A stretch of 64,000 nt of DNA from Octopus sinensis (GCF_006345805.1 NC_043004.1:41478001-41542000), one strand, 5' to 3'. Counted from the stretch's first letter, positions 11,761 to 24,764 are shown. Numbers and translations are program-made. The notes: a model not told the origin generated them from the sequence alone.

Positions 11761-12126
11761 GGCATATGAACTATATTTACATGAACTGTTGCATAATTTT
11801 ACTCGATATAACTTCACATATATATCCCATACACCTATGATGGTCCGTCCGTTGTTTTGTATATCTATATCTACACACATACACACAGAGTATTCATTTA
11901 TATTCAAATGAAGTATATGTCAAGCTTGGGGCCATAAATGTCCTGGATTTCTGAATTTTCTGGACACAGTCTAAATATATGCTTAAAATATAAAATAAAC
12001 TATGAAAATTAAAGAACTAAATTGTATTTAACTAATTCAAATTAACACACTTCTAAAGCAGCTTCTGTTTGATATGTATTAATCCATTTAAAATCCTTAA
12101 AAACATATCATACTGTATCATGTATA

Positions 12127-12408
12127 CCTTGTACCTTCTCGAGCCATGCCTGGCTCATAAGGGCCGGTTTCCTGGTTTCTTGGCGTATAGGTTCCCCACT
12201 TGGATGGGACGCCAGTCCGTCGTAGGAGGAAAGAGTGAGAGAAAGTTGTGGTGAAAGAGTCAGCAGAAGTTTTGCCATTACCTTCTGCCAGAGCCATGTG
12301 GAGCTTAGGTGTTTCGCTCATAAACACACACTTCGCCCTGTCTGAGATTCGAACCCGCGATCCCTAGAACGCAAGTCCACTGCTCTAACCACTAGGCCAT
12401 GTGCCTCC
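12127..12408 (-). mobile_element. tRNA-derived SINE (family C/D head and core, tail type 1)
   Basis: 15-bp TSD ACTGTATCATGTATA at 12112-12126 and 12409-12423; head GGCCTAGTGGTTAGAGC...GGTTCGAATC. Confidence 0.9.
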
Positions 12409-12769
12409 ACTGTATCATGTATAGAGTATAATGGTTTGTAGGATGAAAATTATATGAAGTAAGTTGAAGAACATGATTTTGTTTAACAAATATAGGTACA
12501 AAGGAAAGAAAAAAACTGTTTTGTTAACATACAATGTGCAAATTAACCAACTTCAAAAACAGAATCTTGTTTACTCAATACAGGGTTCAGTATATATAAT
12601 TGTAACCCATGCCAGTATGGAAAACAGACATTAAGTGGTGACGATGATGATTGCACAGTACTCCTGGTAGCTGGATAAGTAGTCATCTGACACAAGATCC
12701 CCTTTTCCAATACCCCCTCTCTTCTCAAAATTCCCTGTCTTGCAAGTTACTTGTGACCCTACTGGTGCT

Positions 12770-13048
12770 GGTGCCACTTAAAAAGCATCTGGTCCACACT
12801 GTAAAGTGGTTGGCATTTGGAAGGGCATCTAGCTGTAGAAACTATGCCAAAACTGACCTCACCTATCCTGGTGCCACAAAAAAGCACTCATTTCACTCTG
12901 TGGAGTGGTTGGTGATAGGAAGGGCATCCAGCTGCAAAAATCCTGCCAAAACAGACACAGTAGCCTTGGGTAGTCTTCTACCAGGCCAGCTTCTGTCAAA
13001 CTGTCCAACCCATGCCTGCATAGAAAGTGGATATTAAATGATGATGAT
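12770..13048 (+). mobile_element. RTE-tailed interspersed element, degraded
   Basis: GAAGGGCATCCAGCTG core and CCAACCCATGCC...TTAAATGATGATG tail. Confidence 0.65.
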
Positions 13049-13435
13049 TATATGTATATGTATATGTATATATAAAATTATACTACTAGTTTCATGCTGT
13101 GAAAACATGATGGTCACACCAGCTTGTATAGTGCGCTGTGTTTCCAAACAATCTTCCAGATTCAAATGTACAAATCTAGTCTTTTTTTAAAAAAAAACTT
13201 GTAAGGATGCTGGTCTTTGAGAAAACAAAAATGGAGAAGAAAGTAAAAAAGTGGAATGAGAAAAAAGAGAAAAGAAAATTAAGCGTTGTATATCTTTGGC
13301 CCTTTAAATTGGAATTAATGTAGTTGGTGTAAATTAATTCAACGGGGAAAAGGTCCAAGTTTGGGAGACTGCATGCTTAATCCAGAGTGGGTGATGCCTT
13401 TCAGTTTAACAAAAGGAAGTTGCCCATATGTTTAA

Positions 13436-13656
13436 CCATTTCGCTACCAACCCGGCCAAAACCGGCTCTGGCTCTGTAGTATAAATGTCTTGTTTTCATT
13501 AGTTTTTCATTAAAATATACCACCGAACCTTAGTTGCAATTTATGTTCCTAACACTAGCTTAATGATAAGTAAGTTATTTTACTAAATTCATTGTTATAT
13601 TTAAAATAATTTAAAGAAACACAGAGCATCTCAAAATAAATGCAGTAACAAAAGGG
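13436..13656. mobile_element. piggyBac-type MITE, second family
   Basis: TTAA flanks; similar to 14594-14814. Confidence 0.8.
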
Positions 13657-13921
13657 TTAAGTTTAATAACCATAGCAAATCTGGAATTTAGTTCATCTGT
13701 AGAGTGCTTAGATCTAAAAAGGATCTGAGATCTATTGGCTAACCAAAGCTAGCTTCTTTTTGATCCATTAACCTATGATGTGGATTGTTCCACAATGCTC
13801 CACTTGATGGTATGTGGTCCCAGGTATGACTAGCTAAACTTTGTGGCTTTTGCAATAGTCTTAGAAATGAAGTTAGCATTGCCTTAGGGCTTCAATTAAT
13901 CGGTAAAGGATTAAGAGGGAG

Positions 13922-14127
13922 CACACCGGGCGAAATGCTTAGCGGTATTTTGTCTGCCGTTACGTTCTGAGTTCAAATTCCGCTGAGGTTGACTTTGCCT
14001 TTCATCCTTTCAGGGTCGATAAATTAAGTACCAGTTACGCACTGGGGTCGATGTAATCGACTTAATCCGTTTGTCTGTCCTTGTTTGTCCCCTCTGTGTT
14101 TAGCCCCTTGTGGGTAGTAAAGAAATA
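13922..14127 (+). mobile_element. Family B SINE, 5'-truncated
   Basis: 20-bp TSD GGTAAAGGATTAAGAGGGAG at 13902-13921 and 14128-14147. Confidence 0.9.
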
Positions 14128-14593
14128 GGTAAAGGATTAAGAGGGAGATAATCCCAGTTGTCTCAGCACAAAACATTGTTATTGTCATCCAGTCTGTGGT
14201 CGTGTTTCGATCATGTGATGTTGATTATTTATGCTTACATCAATTCGTCTGGAGAAAAAACACATTATGGACTCTACCTGGTGATGTAGATATACATCAA
14301 CTCATTGTTGTGAATTGACCCTTCTTTTTTCATCTTAGCACACTTACTGTGATACAGATAATTCATTTTGCATTGTAGAAAAATTGTAGTTACAATTCGC
14401 CACTTCACACTTCAGTCTCAAATTGTTCAAATTAGTTCATTTGTTTTATAAAGTTATATTCTGAGTACAATATTATTTGTCTTACTTTATAACAAAGAGG
14501 GTCAATGGATTAAAGTGTACTATTCGAGCTGTTGTATGTCTTAACTCCTTTACAGAAACTTTGTTTATAATCTCTTTAATATTACTGTATTAA

Positions 14594-14814
14594 CCCTTTT
14601 GTTACCAACCCGGCTGAAACTGGCTCTGGCTCTGTAGTACAAATGTCTTGTTTTCATAAGTTTTGAATTCAAATCTTCCACCAAATCTTAGTCACAATTT
14701 ATGTTCCTAACACTAGCTCAATGATAACGATATTATTTTACTAAATTCTTTGTTATATTTAAAATAATTGGAAGAAACACAGAGCATCTCAAAATAAATA
14801 TAGTAATGAAAGGG
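14594..14814. mobile_element. piggyBac-type MITE, second family
   Basis: TTAA|CCCTTTTGTTAC ... GTAATGAAAGGG|TTAA. Confidence 0.85.
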
Positions 14815-15157
14815 TTAAGGAGAGCAGAATGATAAGATGTGTTGTCAGGGTTTCAAGTTATACTATTAGCACTATATTAAATTCATAGCCAACACATTTG
14901 GCTTACAGTCATTGTCTAACCCCATATCAGCTTTGACTGAACAGACCTTCATTTATTTCTGATATCTCTGTGGCCATCCAACCACATTGATATCCCACTC
15001 CCCTCCAAGATGTAAATAATTATAGCTGAACCCTTGGTCAGCCCTGATTCAGCAAACCTATTGTAAATAAGTAATAATTATCATTATCAACACAAACTTG
15101 TTTAATTGGTAATACACCTGTAATTTATTTCTGTTTATTTTCTATCTTATTTGTCAG

Positions 15158-15326
15158 AGTGAAACTTGAACCACGATGTAGTGAGGGTATGTTTGAGAAG
15201 AAAGGAGTCATCCATGTGACCCCGACAGAAGGCTTTGATCTGGCTAATTCTTTAGATTTGGCTATTGAAGTGGATGCTGAAGATGTATTTCAGGAATCCG
15301 AAGAAGATGGATCACCTTATCTAAAA
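15158..15326 (+). CDS. TACO1: TACO1 internal exon (VKLEPRCSEGMFEKKGVIHV...LDLAIEVDAEDV...PYLK)
   Basis: ttgtcag acceptor, GTATGT donor at 15327. FEKKGVI and LAIExxAEDV are hallmark YebC/TACO1 motifs; phase 2 to 0. Confidence 0.93.
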
Positions 15327-15854
15327 GTATGTTTGTATCATTATCTAAGTGTATTATTATATAAGTGTATCTATGTGTATTATTATATAAGTGTATATGT
15401 GTATTATTATCTAAGTGTATTATTATATAAGTGTATCTATGTGTATTATTATCTAAGTGTATACTTCTGTATGAATGTTTGTATTGAAAATACTGTATGA
15501 TGTGTGACTGTGTATATTTGTGTAAGGATGTCTGTTTTGTGTATGTATTGCCTATGATGTATCTGTATGCGTTGTTACAGTGTGTAAATTGTATGTTTCT
15601 TGTGTGTGTGTGTACTGTGTGTAATGTATGTGTGTACTGTGTAATGTATGTGTATGTTTATCGTTTGTATTTAAGATGGTAGCTATTTATATTTTTATGA
15701 TGATGAAGGTGGTGTGTGTGTTTGTAGTTATGTCTACATATGTACAGTAATGTATTGTAAGTGCAAACAAGGTCAAATGGTTAGAAAGTTCACTTTGCAA
15801 TTATTTGATCTCATCCTCTCTACCGTGGTATTTTCTGATCTTTTGGGTAAAGAC

Positions 15855-16162
15855 CCCCATCAATCATGAATGACTGTAGGATGGCACCTAGAAAGTTCCC
15901 CTCCAAGGCACAAGTCTGGGCAAGATTGTTTATGGAAGACCAACAGTTGCCCATGCATACCAGCCTCCCGTCTCCATGCCACCGATGTTATCCAAGAGAA
16001 AGGCAAAGACTGATACAACTTGGCCCCAGTGATGTCACTACACATTTCTACAGCTGAGTGAACTGGAGCTGTGTTGCTCAAGAACACAACCCACATCCAG
16101 GTCTGGGAATTGAACTCACCACCTCATAATTGTGAGCTTGATGCTCTAACCACTGAGTCATC
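15855..16162 (-). mobile_element. Degraded tRNA-headed SINE-like repeat
   Basis: tRNA-like head (TCAGTGGTTAGAGC...GAGTTCAATTCC) on the minus strand at ~16100-16162. Confidence 0.5.
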
Positions 16163-16811
16163 CTGGTCTTTATAAATCCAGAAAAGTGTGTCCTGTATCC
16201 AAACATGGCATCCTCTTCTATCACACAGTCCTGTCATGCTCATTTGTATATCTATATCTACACACATACACACAGAAAAAGTAGAGGGAAGTGACAGCAC
16301 ATCTGTGGGCCAGTACACCTGTGGGCTAGCATGCCTGTGGGCCAGTACACCTGTGGGCCAGAGGATGGACTGTGATGGTGAATGTAACAACACTGCCTTT
16401 ACCAACTGACATAGCAAATGACAAAAAAGAGCATAACTTCAGTAGATCCAGATTTACAAAAGCTGTACTAACAGTCGTTGGTGAGGTGGGATAGAGATTT
16501 AAAGTGATACAAGAGTTTGCTATTAATGGCTGTCTCTAATACTTTTGAAATGCTGGGAATGAGCTGGGAAAAATCAGAAAATTCAGAAATCCAGGACATG
16601 TATGGTCCCAAGCTTGCCAGATACTTCATTTGCTCGACTAAAGGTGGTGCTCCAGCATGTAAAAGAGTAAAAGAGATATATATGTTATTTTGTGCAATCT
16701 CAGACATGTTTGGGCCACGTATCTCAGACCTTTTTTCACAAAATACATCTTTTCATCTCTTAAGTATTTTCCAAAGTATTGATACACATGTAATCTTTGT
16801 TCTATTTTCAG

Positions 16812-17015
16812 TTCCATTGTGAAGCCAAGAACATCACCTCTGTGACATCATGCCTCAAGAAATTAGATCATGATGTGACTTATTCAGAATGTGAATATCT
16901 CCCAACAGCAGTGTATCCTGTAAATGAGGATGGCATGAAACTTTTGACGAGACTGTTTGAGAAAATATATTCTGTTCCAGAAGTTGTTAGAATATTTGAT
17001 AACGTTGCTGAATGA
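16812..17015 (+). CDS. TACO1: TACO1 last coding exon (FHCEAKNITSV...EYLPT...EVVRIFDNVAE*)
   Basis: tattttcag acceptor. C-terminal EY(L/I)P and V.R(V/I)FDN motifs of YebC/TACO1; TGA ends at 17015. Confidence 0.93.
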   Translation, partial: FHCEAKNITSVTSCLKKLDHDVTYSECEYLPTAVYPVNEDGMKLLTRLFEKIYSVPEVVRIFDNVAE

Positions 17016-17035
17016 ACTTGTCATTTAGACTCAGC

Positions 17036-17435
17036 GGATCTTTTCGGTTTGAACGGCAGTTTTTAACATAATTTCTAGGTAACTAAAACATTTTAAACTT
17101 CGTATACCAGTAGAATGTATTTATAAAACATCTTTTTCTCTTGGCTTTATTGAGAAAATTCTATAGTTTGTAAGATATTTGTTGTTTTTTTTTTTCTTCA
17201 ATTTCAACCAGCCAGTGACGTCCATTGAGTTAAAAAAAAGCATTCTGTGCCGTATGAATATGTCCCTCGTTTAAGAAACAGATTGGGTTTATTTACATTT
17301 GTGAAGAAAAAAAATACCCTTCCCCTACCCCTAAAAGAGATTGAAATGCAATAGATCGATACTAGGGTCATAATTATGAGTGACAATTTCATATGACACC
17401 GCTAGAAAAAACTGCCGTTCAAACCGCAAAGATCC
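17036..17435. mobile_element. GGATC MITE 20 bp downstream of the TACO1 stop codon
   Basis: TIRs; 8-bp TSD GACTCAGC at 17028-17035 and 17436-17443. Confidence 0.95.
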
Positions 17436-17849
17436 GACTCAGCTCAGCCTAGATTATGTAATGCCTACAGTCAAAGACGTTCCACCTAGTGACCATTCCT
17501 GGCCTTTTTGTACAGCTAGGACTACATTGTTCAAAGAGGATTTTTGAATGTTTTTAAGACAGTAGGATGTGATTCCAGGGAAATTTGGTTGCAGCAGGTT
17601 TAGCAACTTTGGAGAAGCCCCTGTTTTCCCTTCATTGCTGAATGGCTTGAAATAGCAAAGAATTGAAATACATTTCCTCATTTATGATTAAAAAAAAAGA
17701 CAAAAAAATTAAAGTTTAAGAAAAAATAAAATTTCATAGATTTTTACATTTTTTATTATTTTACTAATTATTTGTAATGCAATAATAAAATTGTTTATAT
17801 TGTTGCTGTTCTTGATATTTAACAGTTTTTCAGTTAACATCAACATGTA

Positions 17850-18325
17850 GAAGATGAACATCATCATCATCATCATTCTTATCCTCCTCCTAATCATCAT
17901 CATTCTTATTATTGTCCTCCTCCTCATCATCATCATTTTTAGGTCCACTCCTTATGCTGGCACAGGTTGGATGGGTCATCACAGACCTCATCATTTCTTA
18001 TTTCTAATGCTGTCATAGATTGGTCCTTGTGCATGTCATTTCCTGGATTTCTATGTCTTGATGCCCTTTCTATCATCGATATTTTGGTGGAGGGTACTAG
18101 GTGCATATTCTCATGGGCACCAAATCTAGAATGGTTCAATAAAAAGGTCCTCAGAATCCTACACATTCTCTGTTCATTTGCTGACCACTTTATAGAATGT
18201 AACGAGCACATTTTTGTGGTATCAGCTCTAGAAAGATCGTCTTGCTCATCTGCCACTCTTGAGAGAGCATAGTTGGTCTGCCGTCTGTTGTGGAACCAAT
18301 ACAGGAAGTATGCTGCCTTGTACAT
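17850..18325 (-). mobile_element. Degraded RTE-like LINE 3' end with (GAT)n tail
   Basis: CCCATCCAACCTGTGCCAGCATAAGGAGTGGACCTAAAAATGATGATG tail; upstream ORF is decayed. Confidence 0.55.
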
Positions 18326-18897
18326 AGGGCTATGAAGAGATTAATCAGTGAGATATGTAGATCAAGGTAAGAAAAAAAAAAGAAATAGGAGTGAGTAGGG
18401 GAGAAAGTGTGTAAGGGCTAAGAGTACTCAACCTAGGACATTTGGAGTTGCTCAGACGACCAAGGAGGGATTAGGAGAGAGTGATGACATCAGAAGGACC
18501 AGGATGGCTTGGTGGAAGACAGGAACTGTAATTTGATGTAAGCAGCTGACTTCTTTGGGATGGAGTCAGGTAGGGAGTAATTGGCAACAGTAAAGGTAGA
18601 CAAAGGTGGGCGAGAAGATTAGAGTAGACGACAGGTGACAATAGAAGTGGCTCTGAGAGGAGAAGAGCAATGACCAATAGTGGAGAAGGATGACATTGGA
18701 GTGTATCATGCAAAAGGATGAAAGTGGTGCATTTAAAGCCCATGCCTCACTGTCTTACAGTATCACAGTTCTAACACAAAGTTCCTGCCTTTCAAACTGA
18801 AAACCTTTATTGCCAAATAACAGAAGCTACTTCAAGTGGGCTGGAAAGGCAGGTGTTTAGGAGAATCTACTCATTGTATGCTCTTAGTGCATATTAC

Positions 18898-19300
18898 GGA
18901 TCTTTTCGGTGAACGGCAGTTTTTCTAGCAGTGTCATATGAAATTGTCACCCATAATTATGACCCTAGTATCGATCTATTGCATTTCAATCTGTTTTAGG
19001 GTTAGGGGTGGGGGTGGGGGAAGGGTATCTTTTTCCTTCAGAAATGCAAATAGACCCAATCTGTTTCTTAAACGAGGGACATATTCATATGGCACAGAAT
19101 GTTTTTTACCTCAATAGACGTCAGTGATTGGTTGAAATTGAAGAAAAAAAAACAACAAATATCTTATAAACTATAGAATTTTCTCAATAAAGCCAAGAGA
19201 AAAAGATGTTTTAAAGCACATTCTACCAGTATACGAAGTTTAAATTTTTTTAGTTACCTAGAAATTATGTTAAAAACTGCCGTTCAAACCGAAAAGATAC
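18898..19300. mobile_element. GGATC MITE, 8-bp TSD CATATTAC
   Basis: TSD at 18890-18897 and 19301-19308. Confidence 0.93.
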
Positions 19301-19439
19301 CATATTACCTCCATTCAGGTGCAACATACAAAACTTACCTTCACTGTTAGCCTCCCTGTGATTCCACTACACCACTTATGAGTTCATAGTTTACACAGGA
19401 TACAACACATGGAGATCATACTAGCTTCTTTTCTGAATA

Positions 19440-20630
19440 TCAAATAAAGCTATTACATGTCTTCTTTCCTACTAACACAAGTTTTTGCTAAGTTTATTTT
19501 GGAGTCTCATTTTGATTTTTGCTTCCATATCTGTAATTTCTTCTGTAATTCTACTATAGATTTAGCTGTAAGAACTAGATCAGGTACTACTAGCGAAGAC
19601 TGGACCTGGTGCGCGCCCACGCGCAAGCTAGTCGTAAGTAGTCGATCCTACAATGACTTGTGCGTATGCAAATGAGTTGTGTTGTAGGTTGGAAGACAAC
19701 CAATGGGTCTAATTAATGATCAAGACACGCACACACACATATATATACATACATATATATATATATACCTGAATGATGTATTTACTATGGATGCTGTCCA
19801 AAAACTAAAAACTAGTAAAAGAATATATTACACATAAACACATATATAATATCTGTATCGGTGTGTATATACACACACACACACACATGATTAAAAACTA
19901 AAAGAATATATCACACACATTTTATTTGATTTGTGTAAAAAACTCATATACATTGTTCTAAGAAATAATTTATTTACTTTCTTTAAAAAAATTATTTTAT
20001 TTTATTCTGTAAAATCATCTCATTTGCATATGCGCAAGTCGTTGTAGAATCGACTACTTACGACTAGCTAGCGCGGACGCGTGACTGTGTGTACCGGATC
20101 CAGTCTTCGCTAGTAGTACCACTAGATCATCAGCGTATAGAATTTCCCACAGGCAGCTGATCTTAAACTCCTCTGTGATGGCTTGTAAGACTATGATGAA
20201 TAGCCGAGGGCTGAGCTTTGAACGTTGATGGACTCCTACCTCCATGCTACGAGCGTTGCTGAACACATTGTTGACTTTCACTTCACTCACTGCTTCTTAG
20301 TACATAGCTTGTACGAAACCATACAAGCCATTCACTTACACCTTGTTCCTTGAATCCCCCTCTGGATTACAGAATGTCAAAGGCTTCTTCTAAGTCAACG
20401 AAAACCAAATATAGTGGTTTGCTTCTAGCTAAATATTTCTCCTACCGTTGTCTTATTAGAAAAGTGGCAACTATCGCACTTCTTCTGAGCATAAAACCAA
20501 ACTGCATTTCGTCAAGACTAATTCTGTTCCTGACTGTCCGCGAACTTAATAGCCTGGTCCCTCCAATAACTCGATACCTCTGTAACTCCTTCTATTTAGT
20601 GGATCTCCTTTGTCCTTGTAGCAGCTTACA
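19440..20630 (-). mobile_element. RTE-clade LINE RT fragment, interrupted at its YADD motif
   Basis: MQFGFM...LVFVDLEEAFD, GVHQ.S.LSP.LFIIV, LYADDL; continues as LVLTAKSIVELQKKLQIWK below 19577. Confidence 0.85.
19583..20120. mobile_element. 538-bp non-autonomous DNA transposon, ~100-bp TIRs, 9-bp TSD (Merlin- or MULE-like)
   Basis: GGTACTACTAGCGAAGACTGG ... CCAGTCTTCGCTAGTAGTACC; TSD ACTAGATCA at 19574-19582 and 20121-20129. Confidence 0.9.
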
Positions 20631-20631
20631 A

Positions 20632-21047
20632 GGATCTTCTCAGTTTGAACGGCAGTTTTTTCTAGCGGTGTCATATGAAATTGTCACCCATAATTATGAC
20701 CCTAGTATCGATCTATTGCATTTCAATCTGTTTTAGGGTTAGGATTAGGGGTGGGGGGAAGGGTATCTTTTTTCTTCACAAATGTAAATAAACCCAATCT
20801 GTTTCTTAAACGAGGGACATATTCATACAGCACAGAATGTTTTTTACCTCAATGGACGTCGTTGATTGGTTGAAATTGCAGAAACTGAAGAAAAAAAACA
20901 ACAAATATCTTACAAACTATAGAATTTTCTCAATAAAGCCAAGAGAAAAAGATGTTTTATAAACACATTCTACCAGTAGACGAAGTTTAAAATTTTTTAG
21001 TTACCTAGAAATTATATTAAAAACTGCTGTTCAAACCGAAAAGATCC
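20632..21047. mobile_element. GGATC MITE, no TSD detectable
   Basis: TIRs present; it marks the end of the RTE fragment. Confidence 0.9.
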
Positions 21048-21249
21048 TACATTCCTCTTCTACATGATTAAATTTAGGTTAAAAAATGCGCGTGCGCGCA
21101 TATTTTTTCATATTCGTTTAGAGGAAGTTGTTTTACACCTATTACACAAATTTTTTTTTTTTTTGACCGGGTTTAACGCTTTAGTTTAACCTAAATATTT
21201 AGATGATTATCATGTATCAAACTTCGCCAGGTATTTTGAGCATCACATC

Positions 21250-21500
21250 GATTATCGTTTATCTTGGTGAGGTTGAAATCTGATTTTACGTACGACAGGC
21301 TGGTCATTGATTCTGTGGTTGGCTGGTTTCTTGACGTGTGTGCAGCAAATTGTTAGATTGGTTGCATCACAAAACTCTAAGAGCTTCAAAACCCTCCCCA
21401 TTCCTCGTACCATGGACATCACGGAAGCTATCGTGGTATTGACCAGCTTAGCCATTAAAGTTTCCAGCCATGATAACGAAATCGCTGTTGGCCGTCGCTG
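21250..21500 (-). mobile_element. RTE endonuclease fragment
   Basis: LLEFCDATNLTIC...KKPANH..I motif. Confidence 0.75.
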
Positions 21501-22084
21501 AAGCACAGTCTGTAGGAGAGACTCTCTCTCGCTCTCCATTCACACATACACTCAGAGTGGGCTTTAGCACGATATCTGTCTTTCAGATTCCCTCAGAAAG
21601 CTTTGTTTTGTCCGAGGTGACGCTCAGTGTGGTTGAACTGGAAACAAGTGATTGTGAAGCGAACTTCTTAACCATGCCCCCATTCTCTTCCTCCCTCTGT
21701 GTGTGTGTGTGTGTATGTGTGTAGATATGTTTTAAAACATCGTTACGTTATACTTAAACACAAACGCCTCCACTCACATACGCACGTCTTTGGCACGAGC
21801 GCGTAAAAAAAAAAAAACAGAGTTCAGCACCAAACAAATAAATAGTAACGTTGTCAAAAATGGAAGGATAGCATTCAAAAGAATATGAACTTTATTTTCG
21901 AAGCAAATAATAAAAAAAAAAGAAGATATTTGCTATCAATGTCAAACAACTTAAGCAACAACGACGACTTCGCTATCGCTCGTAGCTACATTGATATAAT
22001 TATTCAGGTAGCATTTTCGGAAAAAAAAAATCGAGGGAAAAATATTGTGAAAGCTAAAGAACAACAAGAAAAATACTCCCGAAA

Positions 22085-22282
22085 ATGATGTCCTTCCGGA
22101 ATGTTTTTGGTTGTTTAATTATGTTGCTTTCGTCCATTACCGTTCACAGTTATCGCTATAGAAGGATAGATCGTTTTTGTACCGGTAAAGAACTCACTCT
22201 TCTCCCGAAGAAACTATACAGGAAATGTGGTGCCGCCGTATCAATAAATGACGTACATATACCGCCTACAGTACAATTTCGT
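22085..22282 (+). CDS. PEBP4: PEBP4-like secreted phosphatidylethanolamine-binding protein, exon 1 (signal peptide MMSFRNVFGCLIMLLSSITVHS + FCTGKEL...PPTVQFR)
   Basis: ATG at 22085, hydrophobic N-terminus, GTAAGT donor at 22283. FCxGxE and PxVxF resemble the PEBP4 N-terminal region. Symbol is a family-level call; orthology not tested. Confidence 0.8.
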
Positions 22283-22979
22283 GTAAGTTATCAGTAATAA
22301 TAATTGTTTCTGTGGTGTATGCGAGGGATTCGAATATAAAGGCACCTACCTTCTCTTTGCTCAGATGGAGACCCTTCAACGGTAATAAATCCTTCAACAC
22401 AACCCGACCCGAACGCTAGAAATAGCAGCGGCTTCTCCCAACCTTAACAACGTGCTGGCCCGTCTTACTCGCTAGGCGATCTCGATCGAAAGGCAGAATT
22501 ACAATTTTGTTTTCAATTTTGTTTACAATAATGTTTTCTTTTGACACATTCTACCAGTATACGAAGTTTCAAATTGTTTAGTTAACTAGGAAAATCTGGC
22601 CTTCAAAAAGAAAAGATCCAGGCAGAATCCTGCCCTACCAGCGCGCGTGTCACTGCTGCCCCTTCCGGTCAGCTCCCCAGCTGCTGACGTCATCCCACAG
22701 TTTCTAATTTTAGACAGAAGGCTATGACATTTTTCTTGGGGGAAGCGAAGGGGTTAGTCAAGTAAATCGACATCCAGTTCTTGACTGGTTCTTTATTTTT
22801 ATCGACGACGGAAAGAAGAAAATCAAAGTTGACCTATTCATGCCGCTAAGCACGCCGTATGTATTGTTCCTTCTATGAGCTTCTTCTAAACTGGATTACC
22901 GCTAACTTCTTTACCCACTATTCTCTATAGGTGCCCCTTTGTTAAAATTAATCTATGCAGCTCTAATTTTTCTACTTAG

Positions 22980-23450
22980 CATGACTCATCATCGGTTGTT
23001 GATGGCATCTGTCAATTCCCGCTTACTAGTTCCGTAATCCAGTCCTTAAGATAGTTTCGCGTATCCAGGCCCTCGTGTACTGGTCTGTTTCAAGTTGACT
23101 GTACAGACCGCATGATTGTGGTCCGTATAGCACACTGTCAGAAACAATGGATAACTTACGCTTATTCTGTCTGCTAACCAAAGGAAATTTTTCTCTAATC
23201 ACGACTTAGATGACCCGCTACGCTTTGTTCACGTTGGCACAGTCGCGAAATAAAGGCAAAACCTGTCATACAGGTGGAAAAGACCGAGAAGGTTTGTAAC
23301 GTTTTTGAATTCACTCCAGTCGGCTATTTCTACGCTGTCCCTGCGAGCAACCAAAATTCCATTCCACTCGTCTTCTACCATAAATAAATGAGATCGTTGA
23401 GCAGACCCCAGGCCATGTACATTTATACTACTTACTTTCAGCAAAAAGGC
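22980..23450 (-). mobile_element. L1/Tx1-type ORF2 endonuclease relic
   Basis: LKVSSINV.GL start; YTDH and RGPGY motifs. Confidence 0.7.
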
Positions 23451-23819
23451 AATTAAGCAGGAGGAAAAGAAAACAAAAGAAAAGTTAGGATGATGGCCAA
23501 TTACCCTGAGCTCTCCAAAATTATTTTGTCTAAAATATTTTTCAAGTTATCCACTTTAAGGATAAAAATGTTTTCTAAGGGGCAATATACTTTTGACGTA
23601 GATCTCTCCAGAAGCCTCTCTTCTGGTTTCCTTGAGACAGTTACGTCACCGAGGCTTCATCTCAAGTGAACATTTTCTCACTACTGGAACGTACATATTC
23701 CAACAGCTCCTCGCTATCCTTTCGGAGAACTATGTAGCTGAGAGATTCATTTCTAAATTGTTATTGCTGCTGGGTTTGTAGCTGTTCCAGCTCTTTTTGC
23801 TGCGGCTGTTGCTGTTGAG

Positions 23820-24125
23820 CGAGAGGTCTTCGTTCCAGAGCTCGCAAGATGGGAGAAGTCCGAAACGTGGTCCTTTGCTATTCGTAAGACCCGCAGAAGA
23901 AAAAGCAGGTCAATCCCCGACACCGAGAGCATCGACGGATGGTTGAATGCGCATCCAGGCTCAGCGGTTGCGTAGGAAGTCGGGGACAAGAAACAGGAAG
24001 AAAGAGTGAGAGAAAGTTGGAGCGAAAGAATACAACAAGTGTCGCCACCACTCCCTGCCGAGAGACTCATGGAGCTTTAGGTGTTTTCGCTCAATAAATA
24101 CACACAACGCCCGGTCTGGGAATCG
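23820..24125 (-). mobile_element. Family C/D SINE, tail type 3
   Basis: tRNA head GTGGAGGCGCAATGGCCC...; shared core; distinct tail. Confidence 0.8.
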
Positions 24126-24764
24126 AAACCGCGATCCTCCGACCGCGAGTCCGCTGACCTAACCATTGGGCCATTGCGCCTCCACTTGCTGCTGCTGTAT
24201 TTGTACCTGCTTTAGTTGCTGTTATTGTTGTTGTTACTTCGTCTCTAGTTTCTTTTCTGATACGATTGTTCTTTTGTTGTAGTTTCTGTTGCTGTGGCTG
24301 CTACTGAAGTTATCGTTTTTGTTTAGCCTGGTGTTCAGCCTTTTGTGTTCTGGGGATCAGGCTGCTGGATTCAACCTCTCTTCCTTCTTGGCTGCTCTTG
24401 CACTACATGCAATTCGAACTTTTATGGGTCGTCCTTGGTCTGTTCAGCATATGGAGGATCGAATTGTGTTGAAAGTGTGAAAGCAATTTATTTATTTTGC
24501 TGTGATCTCGGTTGTTGTTGATATTACTGTTGGTGGTGTATGCGGAGGGAAATCTTCTTTGCGAGCCCATTGGTTCACATAACGAACACGCTCCGGTTTT
24601 CAAGTCCACCATGCTTGTCAGAGTGTTGGAATTGTCTGAGAAAGTTTGCGAAAATGTGGCACATGCATTCATATTTTAGCTATCTCAAAAAATCCCTGCG
24701 TTTAAGATATTGTTCCAATTGTCCTGTAACACTAATGAGCGAGATGTTCTTAGGAATACTTCTT

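Noticed and set aside
12340-12408. tRNA-like sequences at SINE 5' ends (also ~44250-44313 and 61633-61700)
   Set aside because: Lack a complete acceptor stem and are fused to SINE bodies, often with TSDs; not tRNA genes.
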